A DNA stretch of 64,000 nt from Paracoccus sp. (in: a-proteobacteria) (GTDB lineage Bacteria > Pseudomonadota > Alphaproteobacteria > Rhodobacterales > Rhodobacteraceae): NCBI GenBank assembly GCA_030538705.1, contig JAUNTL010000004.1:72-64071 (forward strand), read 5' to 3'. The notes below the pieces were generated by a model. The model searched no databases. It was not told the DNA's origin and saw only the letters and a list, made by a program, of their open reading frames with translations. The number at the start of each line of letters is the position of its first letter. Position 1 is the first letter of the stretch. Shown in pieces: positions 36,105-45,419 of the stretch. Position numbers and translations under genes: made by a program.

Positions 36105-37159
36105 CGCGTGATCCCCAGGGCGCGCGCAATGGCGTCGTCATCGGTGCTTTGCGCGGCGAAATCGTCAAAGGCGTGGGGGGTCGTGCGGATGATATTGCGG
36201 CGCACGAACGCGGCCCCCTCGCGGGCGCCATCCTCGGGATGTTTCAGCGCGCATTCCCATTCGACCACGGCCCAGCCGGCAAAGTCATATTGCGCGAGCC
36301 TGGCAAAGACCTGTGCGAAATCGACCTGCCCGTCGCCGGGGCTGCGGAACCGTCCGGCGCGGTTCACCCACGGCTGATAGCCGCCATAGACACCCTGCCG
36401 CCCGGTCGGGCGGAACTCGGCATCCTTGACGTGGAAGGCGCGGATCCGGTCGTGGTAGATGTCGATATTCGCCAGATAGTCCAGCTGTTGCAGAACATAA
36501 TGCGACGGATCATACAGCATGTTCGCGCGGCCGTGGCCCCCGACCCGTTCAAGGAACATCTCGAATGTGATGCCGTCGTGCAGATCCTCGCCGGGGTGGA
36601 TCTCGTAACAGATATCGACACCGTTTTCCTCGGCAAGATCCAGCAGCGGACGCCAGCGCCCGGCCAGCGTGTCAAAGGCGGTTTCAACCAGACCGGGCGC
36701 ACGCTGGGGCCACGGATAAAGATAGGGCCAGGCGAGCGCCCCCGAAAACGTCGCCATCGCATCCAGCCCCAGCAGGCGGCTGGCGCGGATCGTCTTTGCC
36801 ACCTGATCCGTGGCCCATTCCTGCCGTGCAGCGGGCCGGCCATGGACCGCGGCCGGGGCAAAGGCGTCAAAGGCCGCGTCATAGGCCGGATGAACGGCGA
36901 CAAGCTGGCCCTGAAGATGGCTGGACAGCTCTGTCACGGCCACACCGTTGCGCGCGGCAATGCCCAGAAACTCGTCTCGCCAGTCCTGCGAACTGACCGC
37001 GAGGTCGAGATCGAACAGCCGCCGGTCACCGCTGGGCACCTGCACCCCGACATATCCCAGCGAGGCCGCCCAGGCGGTGATCGTGTCCCAGTCATTGAAC
37101 GGCGCCACATCCGAGGCGAATTGCGCCAGAAACAGGCCGGGGCCTTTGATCGTCCGCAT
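36101..37159 (-). CDS. Sugar-phosphate isomerase/epimerase (xylose-isomerase-like TIM barrel)
   Basis: YEIHPGEDLHD, YDPSH, FHVKD, VVEWEC metal-ligand motifs. Confidence 0.87.
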   Translation of the reverse strand: MRTIKGPGLFLAQFASDVAPFNDWDTITAWAASLGYVGVQVPSGDRRLFDLDLAVSSQDWRDEFLGIAARNGVAVTELSSHLQGQLVAVHPAYDAAFDAFAPAAVHGRPAARQEWATDQVAKTIRASRLLGLDAMATFSGALAWPYLYPWPQRAPGLVETAFDTLAGRWRPLLDLAEENGVDICYEIHPGEDLHDGITFEMFLERVGGHGRANMLYDPSHYVLQQLDYLANIDIYHDRIRAFHVKDAEFRPTGRQGVYGGYQPWVNRAGRFRSPGDGQVDFAQVFARLAQYDFAGWAVVEWECALKHPEDGAREGAAFVRRNIIRTTPHAFDDFAAQSTDDDAIARALGITR

Positions 37160-37196
37160 TTGATTCTCCCCTCTCCCCGATATGGTTGAACCGTTC

Positions 37197-37242
37197 TGCA
37201 ATCGTTTGCAACAGGTCATTTCGGCAGGTGTAAACGATTGCA
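37197..37242. promoter_or_regulatory. Two LacI-type operators in the divergent promoter
   Basis: TGCAATCGTTTGCA (37197-37210) and TGTAAACGATTGCA (37229-37242) are inverted copies, 13/14 identical, with a central CG palindrome. Confidence 0.75.
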
Positions 37243-37295
37243 TACGTCATTTTCCGCGCTTGCGCCGGAGACAGGCAGGGGTTTAGCCTGCGCGG

Positions 37296-38309
37296 ATGAT
37301 GGATGACCCGATCAACCCCGGCCCGGCCCGGCTGGCCGATGTCGCCCGGCGCGCGGGCGTCTCGGTGGCGACCGTCAGCCGCGTGTTGTCGCGCCCCGAT
37401 ATGGTGTCTGCACAGACACGTGCCGCCGTGACCGAGGCCGTGGCGGCCACGGGATATCGCATCAACCATGCGGCGCGCAATCTGCGCCGGGGGCGGACGG
37501 GGGCGGTCGTCGCACTGGTGCCCAATCTGGGAAATCCGTTCTTTGCCAATATCCTCTCTGGCATGGGACAGGAGATTTCGCAGGCCGGCTATGACCTGCT
37601 GGTTGGCGACACGATGGAAGAGGGCGGGCGGCACCGGGCCTTGTCGCGCTTTCTCGATCCCTCGCGCGCTGATGGGATCATCTTGCTGGATGGCCGCGTC
37701 ACGGCGGATGATCTGGCGGCACTGCCGGCGGCACCGCCCCTTGTCATGGCATGCGAATGGATCGAGGACATGGCGCTGCCGCGCGTCGCGCTGGATAATT
37801 CCGCCGGGACCGGGCTGGCCACGCGCCATCTGCTGGGGCTGGGTCATCAAAGGATCGGCTGGATCGGCGGGCCAAAGGGCAATGTGCTGCATCGTGCCCG
37901 CGCGCGTGGGATCCGCCGCACGCTTGGCCATTTGCCGCCGGGCTATGATGGCGATTTCTCGCTGGAATCGGGGCAGGGCGCGGCGCGCCGGTGGCTGGCC
38001 ACGCCGCGCATGGACCGCCCGACCGGCATCATCGCCTTCAGCGACGAATCCGCCGCCGGATTCATGGGCGAGGTTCAGCGCGCCGGGGTCATCGTGCCGC
38101 AGGACGTCTCCGTCATCGGCTTTGACGGCATCGACTGGGTGGCGCATCTGTCCACCCCGCTGACCACCATCCGCCAGCCCAAACGGATGCTGGGCCGCGA
38201 GGCCGCGCGCAGCCTGCTGAGAATGATCGGCGGCGATCACCCCGCCGATACGATCCTGCAACCCGAGCTGATCATCCGCGCCTCGACCTGTGTGGCCCCG
38301 CAGGATTAA
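37296..38309 (+). CDS. LacI-family transcriptional regulator
   Basis: LADVARRAGVSVATVSRVL HTH, VPQDVSVIGFDG, LTTIRQP. Confidence 0.95.
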   Translation: MMDDPINPGPARLADVARRAGVSVATVSRVLSRPDMVSAQTRAAVTEAVAATGYRINHAARNLRRGRTGAVVALVPNLGNPFFANILSGMGQEISQAGYDLLVGDTMEEGGRHRALSRFLDPSRADGIILLDGRVTADDLAALPAAPPLVMACEWIEDMALPRVALDNSAGTGLATRHLLGLGHQRIGWIGGPKGNVLHRARARGIRRTLGHLPPGYDGDFSLESGQGAARRWLATPRMDRPTGIIAFSDESAAGFMGEVQRAGVIVPQDVSVIGFDGIDWVAHLSTPLTTIRQPKRMLGREAARSLLRMIGGDHPADTILQPELIIRASTCVAPQD

Positions 38310-38392
38310 CCCGCCCTTTCCCGCGCAAGACGGTTTTCCGCGCGCGCCGGACGTGATTCAATGCCGGGCAGGAAGGTCACCGCCTTGGGGGG

Positions 38393-38848
38393 ATGATGGC
38401 ACATTATGACGAGCTGGCGGCACGGATCACCGCGCTATGCGAGGGCGAGACGGACGAGATCGCGTTGATGGCGACATTGGCCTGCGAGATCCATCACGCC
38501 GATACCCGCTTTGACTGGACCGGGTTTTACCGCGTCACGGCACCGGACCTGCTGAAGATCGGGCCATATCAGGGGGGTCATGGCTGTCTGACCATCCCGT
38601 TCGCGCGCGGCATCTGCGGGGCAGCGGCGCGGCGCGGCGAAGTGCAGATCGTCGCCGATGTCAGCCAGCGGCCGGATCACATCGCCTGCGCGTCCTCGAC
38701 CCGGTCAGAGCTGGTGATCCCGGTGCGCGGGGCGGGCGGGCGGCTGATCGGCGTTCTGGATATCGACAGCGACCAGCCCGCGGCCTTTGGGCCGGATGAT
38801 GCGGCCGCCTTGCAGGCAATCGTTGATCAGGTCTTTGCCAATATCTGA
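38393..38848 (+). CDS. GAF-domain protein, free methionine-R-sulfoxide reductase (MsrC-like)
   Basis: WTGFY, GPYQG..GC, GICG, HIAC, SELVIP, LDIDS. Confidence 0.85.
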   Translation: MMAHYDELAARITALCEGETDEIALMATLACEIHHADTRFDWTGFYRVTAPDLLKIGPYQGGHGCLTIPFARGICGAAARRGEVQIVADVSQRPDHIACASSTRSELVIPVRGAGGRLIGVLDIDSDQPAAFGPDDAAALQAIVDQVFANI

Positions 38849-39084
38849 CGGGGCGCGCGCGCGGCCGCCCCGGCCGGGCGGGATACCGGACAGACCGTGC
38901 AGGAAAGACGGCACGGATGGGCCGGAAAGGGGCTGGCCGCCGGCATATCTGTCGCCTGCGCCGGCACGGCGGCGGTTTCGCCGGTCAGGGGGGTGGGCGT
39001 TACGGCGCGGGGCGCGCGCACAGGGGTCGATGCGTTACGCGACCCGACCGCCGCCGGACAGGACCGTTACAGCGCGGGCGCAGC

Positions 39085-39714
39085 CTATCTTGATATGTCG
39101 CGGCGCAGATAGACATAATACGCGCCCGTCCCGCCATGGCGCAGATGGGCCGGTGCGACCTGCTGGACGATACGCGACAGGGCCGCGTGGTGCAGCCAGA
39201 CCGGCACCTGATGACGCAGCGCACCTGACCGGCCGGGCAACAGGCCATGATCGCCGCCACGGCTGCCCTTTCCGGTGATGACCAGCACCAGCCGCAACCC
39301 GCGCGCATGGCTGGAGATAATGAAATTCGCCAGCTCCGGCCCGGCCTCGGCCAATGTCATGCCATGCAGGTCCAGCCGTGCCTCGGGGCGCAGCTTGCCG
39401 CGCGTCATCTGCTTGTGGGTCTTGTGATCCATCCGCACCGGCTGGGCGCGCAGGGCCTCGGCCGGGGTGGGTGCGATATCGGGCAGCGCCGCACGCGCGG
39501 GCGAAGGCCCGGCAATGCGCAGAACCGCCGCCGGAGGGGGCAGCAGGGCGCGCGGCGCGGCGGGTGGTTGGCGGGGACCGGGCTTGGCCTTGGGCTGAAC
39601 TGCCGGATCGTCGGCGGGCCTGCGTGGTTCGGGGTGCAGGGGCCGGACGCTGCCGCGCACCATTGCCCACAGCTGGCGGTCATCGGGCGTGAGACCGCGC
39701 CCGCGTGACATCAC
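39085..39714 (-). CDS. Smr/MutS2 C-terminal domain protein
   Basis: LDLHGMT, VITGKG, HGGTGAYYV. Confidence 0.9.
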   Translation of the reverse strand: MMSRGRGLTPDDRQLWAMVRGSVRPLHPEPRRPADDPAVQPKAKPGPRQPPAAPRALLPPPAAVLRIAGPSPARAALPDIAPTPAEALRAQPVRMDHKTHKQMTRGKLRPEARLDLHGMTLAEAGPELANFIISSHARGLRLVLVITGKGSRGGDHGLLPGRSGALRHQVPVWLHHAALSRIVQQVAPAHLRHGGTGAYYVYLRRDISR

Positions 39715-40364
39715 AGGCCGGTCGCGACCAGTCGCCAGTTGGGATCATCCGAACCCATCCGACGCTCAAATGTCCAGGTATCACGCTGTTTGCGCGCCTT
39801 TTTCGGGTCGCCATCGACGATATTGCCATCGCGGTCACGGGTGACAACGATCATCTCGCCCAGGAAACGCACCGAAACCTCGGCGGTGTTATCTGATGGA
39901 TTGAACTCGGCCACGGCAAGCGAGATCTCGCGCGTGCCAAGGAACTGGACATCGACGCTGTGCCCCGATTCGGCGCGCGCGGCGATGGCGCTGTCGAAGG
40001 CCCTGGCGACCTCGGGCGTCAGAAAGGCGCGGACCTCCGAGAGATCGCCGCGCTCAAAGGCGACAAGGATCATCTCATAGGCGAATTTCGCCCCGCCAAG
40101 GAACTCGCCCAGCGAAAATGACGGCTCGGCCTGCTTCATCGCGACAAGCGCGGCATAGGCCGGGCTTTGCGGATCGACGTGATCGGACAGATCTTCGTCA
40201 TCTGCCGCCTGATCCTCGTCCATGACGTCGTAATCTGCCTCGACGGGCTGCTGGGTCTGCGTCGGTTCGAACCCGTCCCGTGTGCCCAGAACACCGCGCA
40301 GGCGATAGATCAGCACAATCGCTATCACGGCAAGCACAATCAGTTGGATCATCGGGTTCGACAT
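39711..40364 (-). CDS. Tim44/TimA-like adaptor protein
   Basis: N-terminal TM, LRGVLGTRDGFE, FLGGAKFAYEMI, DTWTFER...PNWRL. Confidence 0.9.
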   Translation of the reverse strand: MSNPMIQLIVLAVIAIVLIYRLRGVLGTRDGFEPTQTQQPVEADYDVMDEDQAADDEDLSDHVDPQSPAYAALVAMKQAEPSFSLGEFLGGAKFAYEMILVAFERGDLSEVRAFLTPEVARAFDSAIAARAESGHSVDVQFLGTREISLAVAEFNPSDNTAEVSVRFLGEMIVVTRDRDGNIVDGDPKKARKQRDTWTFERRMGSDDPNWRLVATGL

Positions 40365-40471
40365 CTTCCATCCTTCACGACCTGTTACGGACGGTTGGCA
40401 AACCCCGCCGCCCGCACCTATGTAGGGATGCAGCCGGGCCAAGTCCAGTTTTCCCCGGCATGAGGTGTAAG

Positions 40472-41023
40472 ATGCCGTTGCTGATTCTGATGATTCTGAT
40501 CCCCGTGATCGAAATCGCCCTGTTTATCCAGATCGGGGGGGTGATCGGCGTCTGGCCGACGATCGCCCTGGTGCTGCTTTCTGCCGCCGCCGGCATTGCG
40601 CTGATCCGCAGCGCCGGGCGGCGCTCGATGATAGAGTTGCAGCAGTCATTCCAGACCCTTGGTGATCCCGCCCGTCCGCTGGCGCATGGTGCCTTTCGGA
40701 TGCTGGCCGGCGCGCTGCTGATCGTTCCGGGGTTCCTGACCGATGCCGTCGGCCTTGCGCTGCTGATCCCCGGTGTGCGCGAGGGGCTGCTGCGGCTGAT
40801 CGGGCGGCGTGCGACGGTCACGCGCAGCGCGGGCTTTGGCTTTGACAGCGCCAGCCAGCCGCGCCATGGCTGGCCCGGCCGCGATGATCAGCTGATCGAC
40901 GGCGATTATGTCGTGCAGGAAGACCCCTATACCAGCCGCGATGACATCGACCTGCCCGAGGACGGCAAGCCCAAGTCGCGCGGTCGCGGACCAAACCCTT
41001 CGGGCTGGACGCGACCGGACTAA
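40472..41023 (+). CDS. fxsA: FxsA family membrane protein
   Basis: PVIEIALFI, GALLIVPGFLTD. Confidence 0.88.
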   Translation: MPLLILMILIPVIEIALFIQIGGVIGVWPTIALVLLSAAAGIALIRSAGRRSMIELQQSFQTLGDPARPLAHGAFRMLAGALLIVPGFLTDAVGLALLIPGVREGLLRLIGRRATVTRSAGFGFDSASQPRHGWPGRDDQLIDGDYVVQEDPYTSRDDIDLPEDGKPKSRGRGPNPSGWTRPD

Positions 41024-41106
41024 GACCGCCTCATGGCCCTGCGCGGCGTTGAGGCAGCGCGCACGGGGTGATAGAAGCGCGCGAAGCATTGCCGAAAGGA
41101 CGGATC

Positions 41107-41631
41107 ATGAGCGACGAGAACACCAACCATCAGCCGGCCGAAGCCGAAAATGGCGCCGCCGCGCCCCAAGCGCCGCGGATGCAGATCCTCGCGCAATATA
41201 CCCGCGATCTGTCGTTCGAGAACGTCGTCGCACAAAAGGGGCTGAGCGGGTCCGAAGTGACGCCGGAGATCTCGATTCAGGTCAGCCTGGACGCCCGCAA
41301 GCGCAACGTCGAACATCAGTATGAGGTGATCTGCAAGTTCCGCGTCGCGTCAAAGAACACCGTCGACGGCGGCAACCTGTTCCTGTGCGAACTGGATTAC
41401 GGCGGCGTCTTTCGCGTCGAGGGTATCCCCGAGGATCAGCTGCATCCCTTTCTGATGATCGAATGCCCCCGCATGCTGTTCCCCTTTGTGCGCCGCATCA
41501 TCAGCGACACCACCCGCGACGGCGGCTTCCCCCCGGTCAACCTGGACCCGGTGGATTTCGTCGCGCTCTACCGTCAGGAAATCGCGCGGCGCGCGCAGAC
41601 CGAACGCCCGGCCGGCACGCCCGTTTCCTGA
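41107..41631 (+). CDS. secB: Protein-export chaperone SecB
   Basis: QYTRDLSFEN, ECPRMLFPFVR, GGFPP, PVDFVALY. Confidence 0.96.
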   Translation: MSDENTNHQPAEAENGAAAPQAPRMQILAQYTRDLSFENVVAQKGLSGSEVTPEISIQVSLDARKRNVEHQYEVICKFRVASKNTVDGGNLFLCELDYGGVFRVEGIPEDQLHPFLMIECPRMLFPFVRRIISDTTRDGGFPPVNLDPVDFVALYRQEIARRAQTERPAGTPVS

Positions 41632-41634
41632 TCC

Positions 41635-42231
41635 GTGGCACCGCGACCCAAACGCGCCTGGCAGCGGATGCTGTCAGGCCGCCGGCTGGATCTGCTGGAC
41701 CCGACGCCATTCGATATCGAGATCGCGGATATCGCGCATGGGCTGGCCTTTGTGGCACGCTGGAACGGGCAGACGCGCGGCGACTGGCCGTATTCCGTGG
41801 CCGAGCATTCCCTGCTGGTCGAACAGGCTTTCAGCCGGATCAACCCCGATATGGAACCGCAATGGCAGCTTGCCGCGCTGTTGCATGATGCGCCCGAATA
41901 TGTGCTGGGCGATATGATTTCGCCGGTAAAGGGCGCGCTCGGCACGGAATACGGGGAAATGGATGAACGCATTGCCGAGGCGGTGCATCGCCGCTTTGGT
42001 CTGCCGGCGAAACTGCCGGCAGCGGTCAAAAAGCGTATAAAACAGGCGGATCATGTTTCAGCCTGGCTTGAGGCGATCGAGATCGCCGGGTTTTCCGAGG
42101 CCGAGGCCCGCACGATCTTTAAGGTGCCGCAGTCAGAACATTGCGCAGGTCTGGAAATACGCCTGCGTCCCCCGGCAGAGGCACGCCGCGCCTATCTGGA
42201 TCGTTTCGCAACCCTGATCGGCACGCTTTGA
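41635..42231 (+). CDS. HD-family hydrolase (YfbR-like)
   Basis: RWNGQT, YSVAEHS, LLHDAPEY. Confidence 0.87.
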   Translation: MAPRPKRAWQRMLSGRRLDLLDPTPFDIEIADIAHGLAFVARWNGQTRGDWPYSVAEHSLLVEQAFSRINPDMEPQWQLAALLHDAPEYVLGDMISPVKGALGTEYGEMDERIAEAVHRRFGLPAKLPAAVKKRIKQADHVSAWLEAIEIAGFSEAEARTIFKVPQSEHCAGLEIRLRPPAEARRAYLDRFATLIGTL

Positions 42232-42254
42232 CCTCATCGCGAAAATGTGAAAAT

Positions 42255-42281
42255 AAAAGGCCCGTATTACGGGCCTTTTTT
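42255..42281. terminator. Bidirectional intrinsic terminator
   Basis: AAAAGGCCCGTA-TTAC/GGGCCTTTTTT inverted repeat between convergent genes. Confidence 0.85.
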
Positions 42282-42282
42282 C

Positions 42283-42594
42283 TCAGATCGCGAGGTCTTC
42301 GAGAGTTTTGCCCGTTTCGAGCGCTTCCTGAACCCATGCGGGGCGGCGGCCACGGCCAGCCCAGGTCTGCGACGGGTTTTCAGGGTTCGCGTAGCGCGCC
42401 GCGACCTTGCCGCTTTTGCGCGGCTTTGCGGCACCGGTCAGTTCGGCCAGCGAAAACCCATGCTCGCGCAGCACTTCCTCGGCTGCGGCAATGGCTTCCT
42501 TGCGCTTGCGCTCTTCAAAGCTAGTGATTGCGCGCCCGACTCTGGTTTGCAATTCACGTAACTCTTTTAACGAAAGCTTATCCAGATCAAACAT
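42283..42594 (-). CDS. H-NS family nucleoid protein (HvrA/Spb-like)
   Basis: LSLKELREL oligomerisation region, YANP...TWAGRGRRPAW motif; downstream of regA. Confidence 0.9.
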   Translation of the reverse strand: MFDLDKLSLKELRELQTRVGRAITSFEERKRKEAIAAAEEVLREHGFSLAELTGAAKPRKSGKVAARYANPENPSQTWAGRGRRPAWVQEALETGKTLEDLAI

Positions 42595-42671
42595 AATATC
42601 CCCATAAATCAAGAATGACGTAATTATTACGACAAGATTACAATTGTCAAAACAGATTTTCTGCGTCGCGG

Positions 42672-43226
42672 CTAACGCGGACTGCGTTTGGCCAAAATTC
42701 GCTGAAGCGTGCGCCGGTGCATATGCAGACGCCGCGCAGTCTCGCTGACATTGCGGTCGCATTGCTCATAGACGCGCTGAATATGCTCCCACTTGACCCT
42801 GTCGGCCGACATCGGATTTTCGGGCGGCGGCGGCAGGGTTTCGCCGGTTTGCAGCAGGGCCGAGACGATGTCATTGGCGTCGGCGGGCTTTGACAGATAA
42901 TCGGTCGCCCCCATCTTGACCGCGGCGACGGCGGTCGCGATGGCACCATATCCGGTCAGAACGATGATGCGCGCTTCGGGACGTGCCTCGCGCAGGGCCT
43001 CGACCACATCCAGCCCGCTGCCATCCTCCAGCCGCAGGTCGATCACGCCATAGGCCGCCGGATTGCTGCGGATCGCGGCCATGGCGTCGGCAACCGACAT
43101 GCAGACGGCCGGGCGAAAGCCCCGCCTTTCCATGGCGCGGGCCAGACGGTTAGCGAAAATCTCGTCATCATCAACCAGTAACAGCGAAGGGTCGGCGCCC
43201 AGATCGACCTTGAGTTCATCAGCCAT
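42672..43226 (-). CDS. regA: Redox response regulator RegA/PrrA/ActR
   Basis: LLVDDD, LTGYGAIATAVAAVK, ENPMSADRVKWEHI, HRRTLQRIL. Confidence 0.95.
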   Translation of the reverse strand: MADELKVDLGADPSLLLVDDDEIFANRLARAMERRGFRPAVCMSVADAMAAIRSNPAAYGVIDLRLEDGSGLDVVEALREARPEARIIVLTGYGAIATAVAAVKMGATDYLSKPADANDIVSALLQTGETLPPPPENPMSADRVKWEHIQRVYEQCDRNVSETARRLHMHRRTLQRILAKRSPR

Positions 43227-43296
43227 GCTTTGCCTCCGGCGGATCAGATTCCACACTGTCTAGGCAAAAGCGGGAGGGGAATCAAATCCTGCCGTC

Positions 43297-43920
43297 CTAC
43301 GCCGCTGCGTCAGCAAAACAGGCGACGTTATCGGCCATCTGCTCGGGCGTGACATTGCGGCCATAGAATTCGACCGTGCCATGGCCGGGCAGGACCAGAT
43401 ATGTGATGGTCGTATGGCTGACCAGATACAGATCGGTGCCGTCATCCTGCACCTGATAGGATACCCGCCATTGCCGCGCCGCCGCCGCGATATCTTCGTC
43501 CGATCCGGTCAGGCCCAGCATATTTTCATGCATATTTTCGGTATATGCGGCCATCCATTCGGGTGTGTCGCGTTTCGGGTCAACGGTGATAAAGACCGTC
43601 TGCGCATCAATGCCCCGCTCCGCCAGCAGGTCCAGTGCCTCGGCGTTGCGGGCGTTATCCAGCGGACAGACATCGGGGCAATAGGTATAGCCGAAATAGA
43701 CCAGCGACGGTTTGGTAAATACCTGCGTGTCGGTCACACGCTCGCCGGTTTCGCTGGTCAGCTCGAACGGCCCGCCCAATGTCGCCGAGCCGCCGGCGAC
43801 GACGCTGGTGCGGCATGGGGCGAAAGGATCGCTGCCGCCGCTGCCCAGCCACAGCCAGCCACCGGCCAGCACGGCAATGGCGGCGATGCCGCCGGCGATC
43901 AGGATCTTCTTGTCGTTCAT
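43297..43920 (-). CDS. senC: SCO family copper chaperone SenC/PrrC
   Basis: FGYTYCPDVCP (CxxxC), TVDP.RDT, conserved His; regB-senC-regA context. Confidence 0.92.
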   Translation of the reverse strand: MNDKKILIAGGIAAIAVLAGGWLWLGSGGSDPFAPCRTSVVAGGSATLGGPFELTSETGERVTDTQVFTKPSLVYFGYTYCPDVCPLDNARNAEALDLLAERGIDAQTVFITVDPKRDTPEWMAAYTENMHENMLGLTGSDEDIAAAARQWRVSYQVQDDGTDLYLVSHTTITYLVLPGHGTVEFYGRNVTPEQMADNVACFADAAA

Positions 43921-44015
43921 GCCTGGTCCTCTTGTCCTGGCCTGTCCGGCCCGACGCATTGATCGCGCATAGGACGCCGGATATCAACGGGGCGAATCCG
44001 CACATGGGAGAGCAG

Positions 44016-45347
44016 ATGTCCCCCGTCCGCCCATCCGGCCCCATGGCCGGCGCCGCTCATCCGCCCCGCGCCGAGGCAATCCGCCGGCGCACGCTGGTTC
44101 TGTTGCGATGGGTCGCACTGGGCGGGCAGGTGATCGCGATCGTGCTGGCGCTGGTGATCGGCGTGCGCTTCGGGGCAGGGGCGGCGCTTGGCGTCGTTGC
44201 GGCGGGGGCGGCGCTGAATCTGTGGACGACGCTCAGCCCGGCGCGGGTCACGACGACCGGGGCGACCTGGCAACTGGTGTTCGATCTGGCGCAACTTTCG
44301 GTGCTGATCGGGCTGACAGGCGGGCTGTCAAACCCCTTTGCGCTGCTGGTTCTGGCACCGGTGACCATCGCGGCAACCGCGCTTGATAACCGGCGGACCC
44401 TGCAAATCGGCGTGGCAACGGTGGTGATGATCCTGCTGGCCGCATGGCTGGCGGTGCCGCTTCGCCATGATACGCTGGATCTGGTCATGCCGCCCGCGCT
44501 GCAACTGGCGCATCTGGCCGCGATCCTGATCGGAGTGGTGTTCTTTGCGCTTTATTCCGGCCGCGTCGCAGACGAGCTGTCGACCATATCGGACGCCCTG
44601 CTGGTAACCCAGCTTGCCCTCGCCCGCGAGCAGCGCCTGCAATATCTGGGCGGCGTCGTTGCCGCCGCCGCGCATGAGCTGGGCACGCCACTGGCGACGA
44701 TCAAGCTGATCGCGTCCGAGCTGCATGACGAGCTGGCCGAGGCGCTGCCCGGCCGTATTGATCTGGCCGAGGATGCCGCGGCGCTGTCGCTCTCGGCTGA
44801 CCGCTGCCGCGATATCCTGCGGTCGATGGGGCGCGCGGGCAAGGATGACCTCAAACTGCGCGCCGCACCGCTGCGCGCCGTGCTGGATGAGGCCGCGGCA
44901 CCGCACGCGGATCGTGGCATCGGCATCACCCTGCCGCCGCCCGCGCCGCAGCCGGTGATCCTGCGCGACCCCGGCGTCATCCACGGATTGCGCAACATCA
45001 TTCAGAACGCGGTCGATTTCGCCCACGCCGAGGTCCGCATCGAAACCGGACAGGATGCAGGGCTTTTGTGGCTGCGCATCCGCGATGACGGGCCGGGGTT
45101 TTCTCCGGCCATGCTGGGGCGGCTGGCCGATCCTTTTCCCATCGGCCGGCGCGGGGGCGATCACCGGCCGGGATACGAGGGCATGGGCCTTGGCCTGTTC
45201 ATCGCCCGCACCCTGCTGGAGGCAAGCGGCGCGACGCTGGGTTTTCGCAACGCGGAACCCGGCGCCGAGGTCACGGTCTCGTGGCCGATGGGCCGGATCA
45301 TCGCCGATGACCGCGCCGCTCTGGACGAAAACCCGCAAATCGGTTGA
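44016..45347 (+). CDS. regB: Redox-sensitive histidine kinase RegB/PrrB
   Basis: GGLSNPF quinone motif, AAAAHELGTPL H-box, RCRDIL Cys, NAVDFA, GMGLGLF. Confidence 0.94.
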   Translation: MSPVRPSGPMAGAAHPPRAEAIRRRTLVLLRWVALGGQVIAIVLALVIGVRFGAGAALGVVAAGAALNLWTTLSPARVTTTGATWQLVFDLAQLSVLIGLTGGLSNPFALLVLAPVTIAATALDNRRTLQIGVATVVMILLAAWLAVPLRHDTLDLVMPPALQLAHLAAILIGVVFFALYSGRVADELSTISDALLVTQLALAREQRLQYLGGVVAAAAHELGTPLATIKLIASELHDELAEALPGRIDLAEDAAALSLSADRCRDILRSMGRAGKDDLKLRAAPLRAVLDEAAAPHADRGIGITLPPPAPQPVILRDPGVIHGLRNIIQNAVDFAHAEVRIETGQDAGLLWLRIRDDGPGFSPAMLGRLADPFPIGRRGGDHRPGYEGMGLGLFIARTLLEASGATLGFRNAEPGAEVTVSWPMGRIIADDRAALDENPQIG

Positions 45348-45419
45348 TTGCGTTAACCTTATTTTAACGTCTCGCGTGTGAGGCTTTGCGAAACGAGTTG
45401 CAGGCGATAGACATCCGAG

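Noticed and set aside
37521-37535. CCCAATCTGG(G)AAAT in lacI resembles the start of spacer 66
   Set aside because: Only 10 contiguous matches, needs a gap, and is preceded by GTG; chance level.
38849-39084. GC-rich intergenic hairpins, similar in style to 17214-17500
   Set aside because: Only a ~12-nt shared word (GCCGGACAGGAC); no recognisable ncRNA, REP family or terminal repeats.
40403-40415. CCCCGCCGCCCGC matches part of spacer 32
   Set aside because: It is a 13-nt low-complexity GC match outside the seed with no PAM, so it is not evidence of self-targeting.
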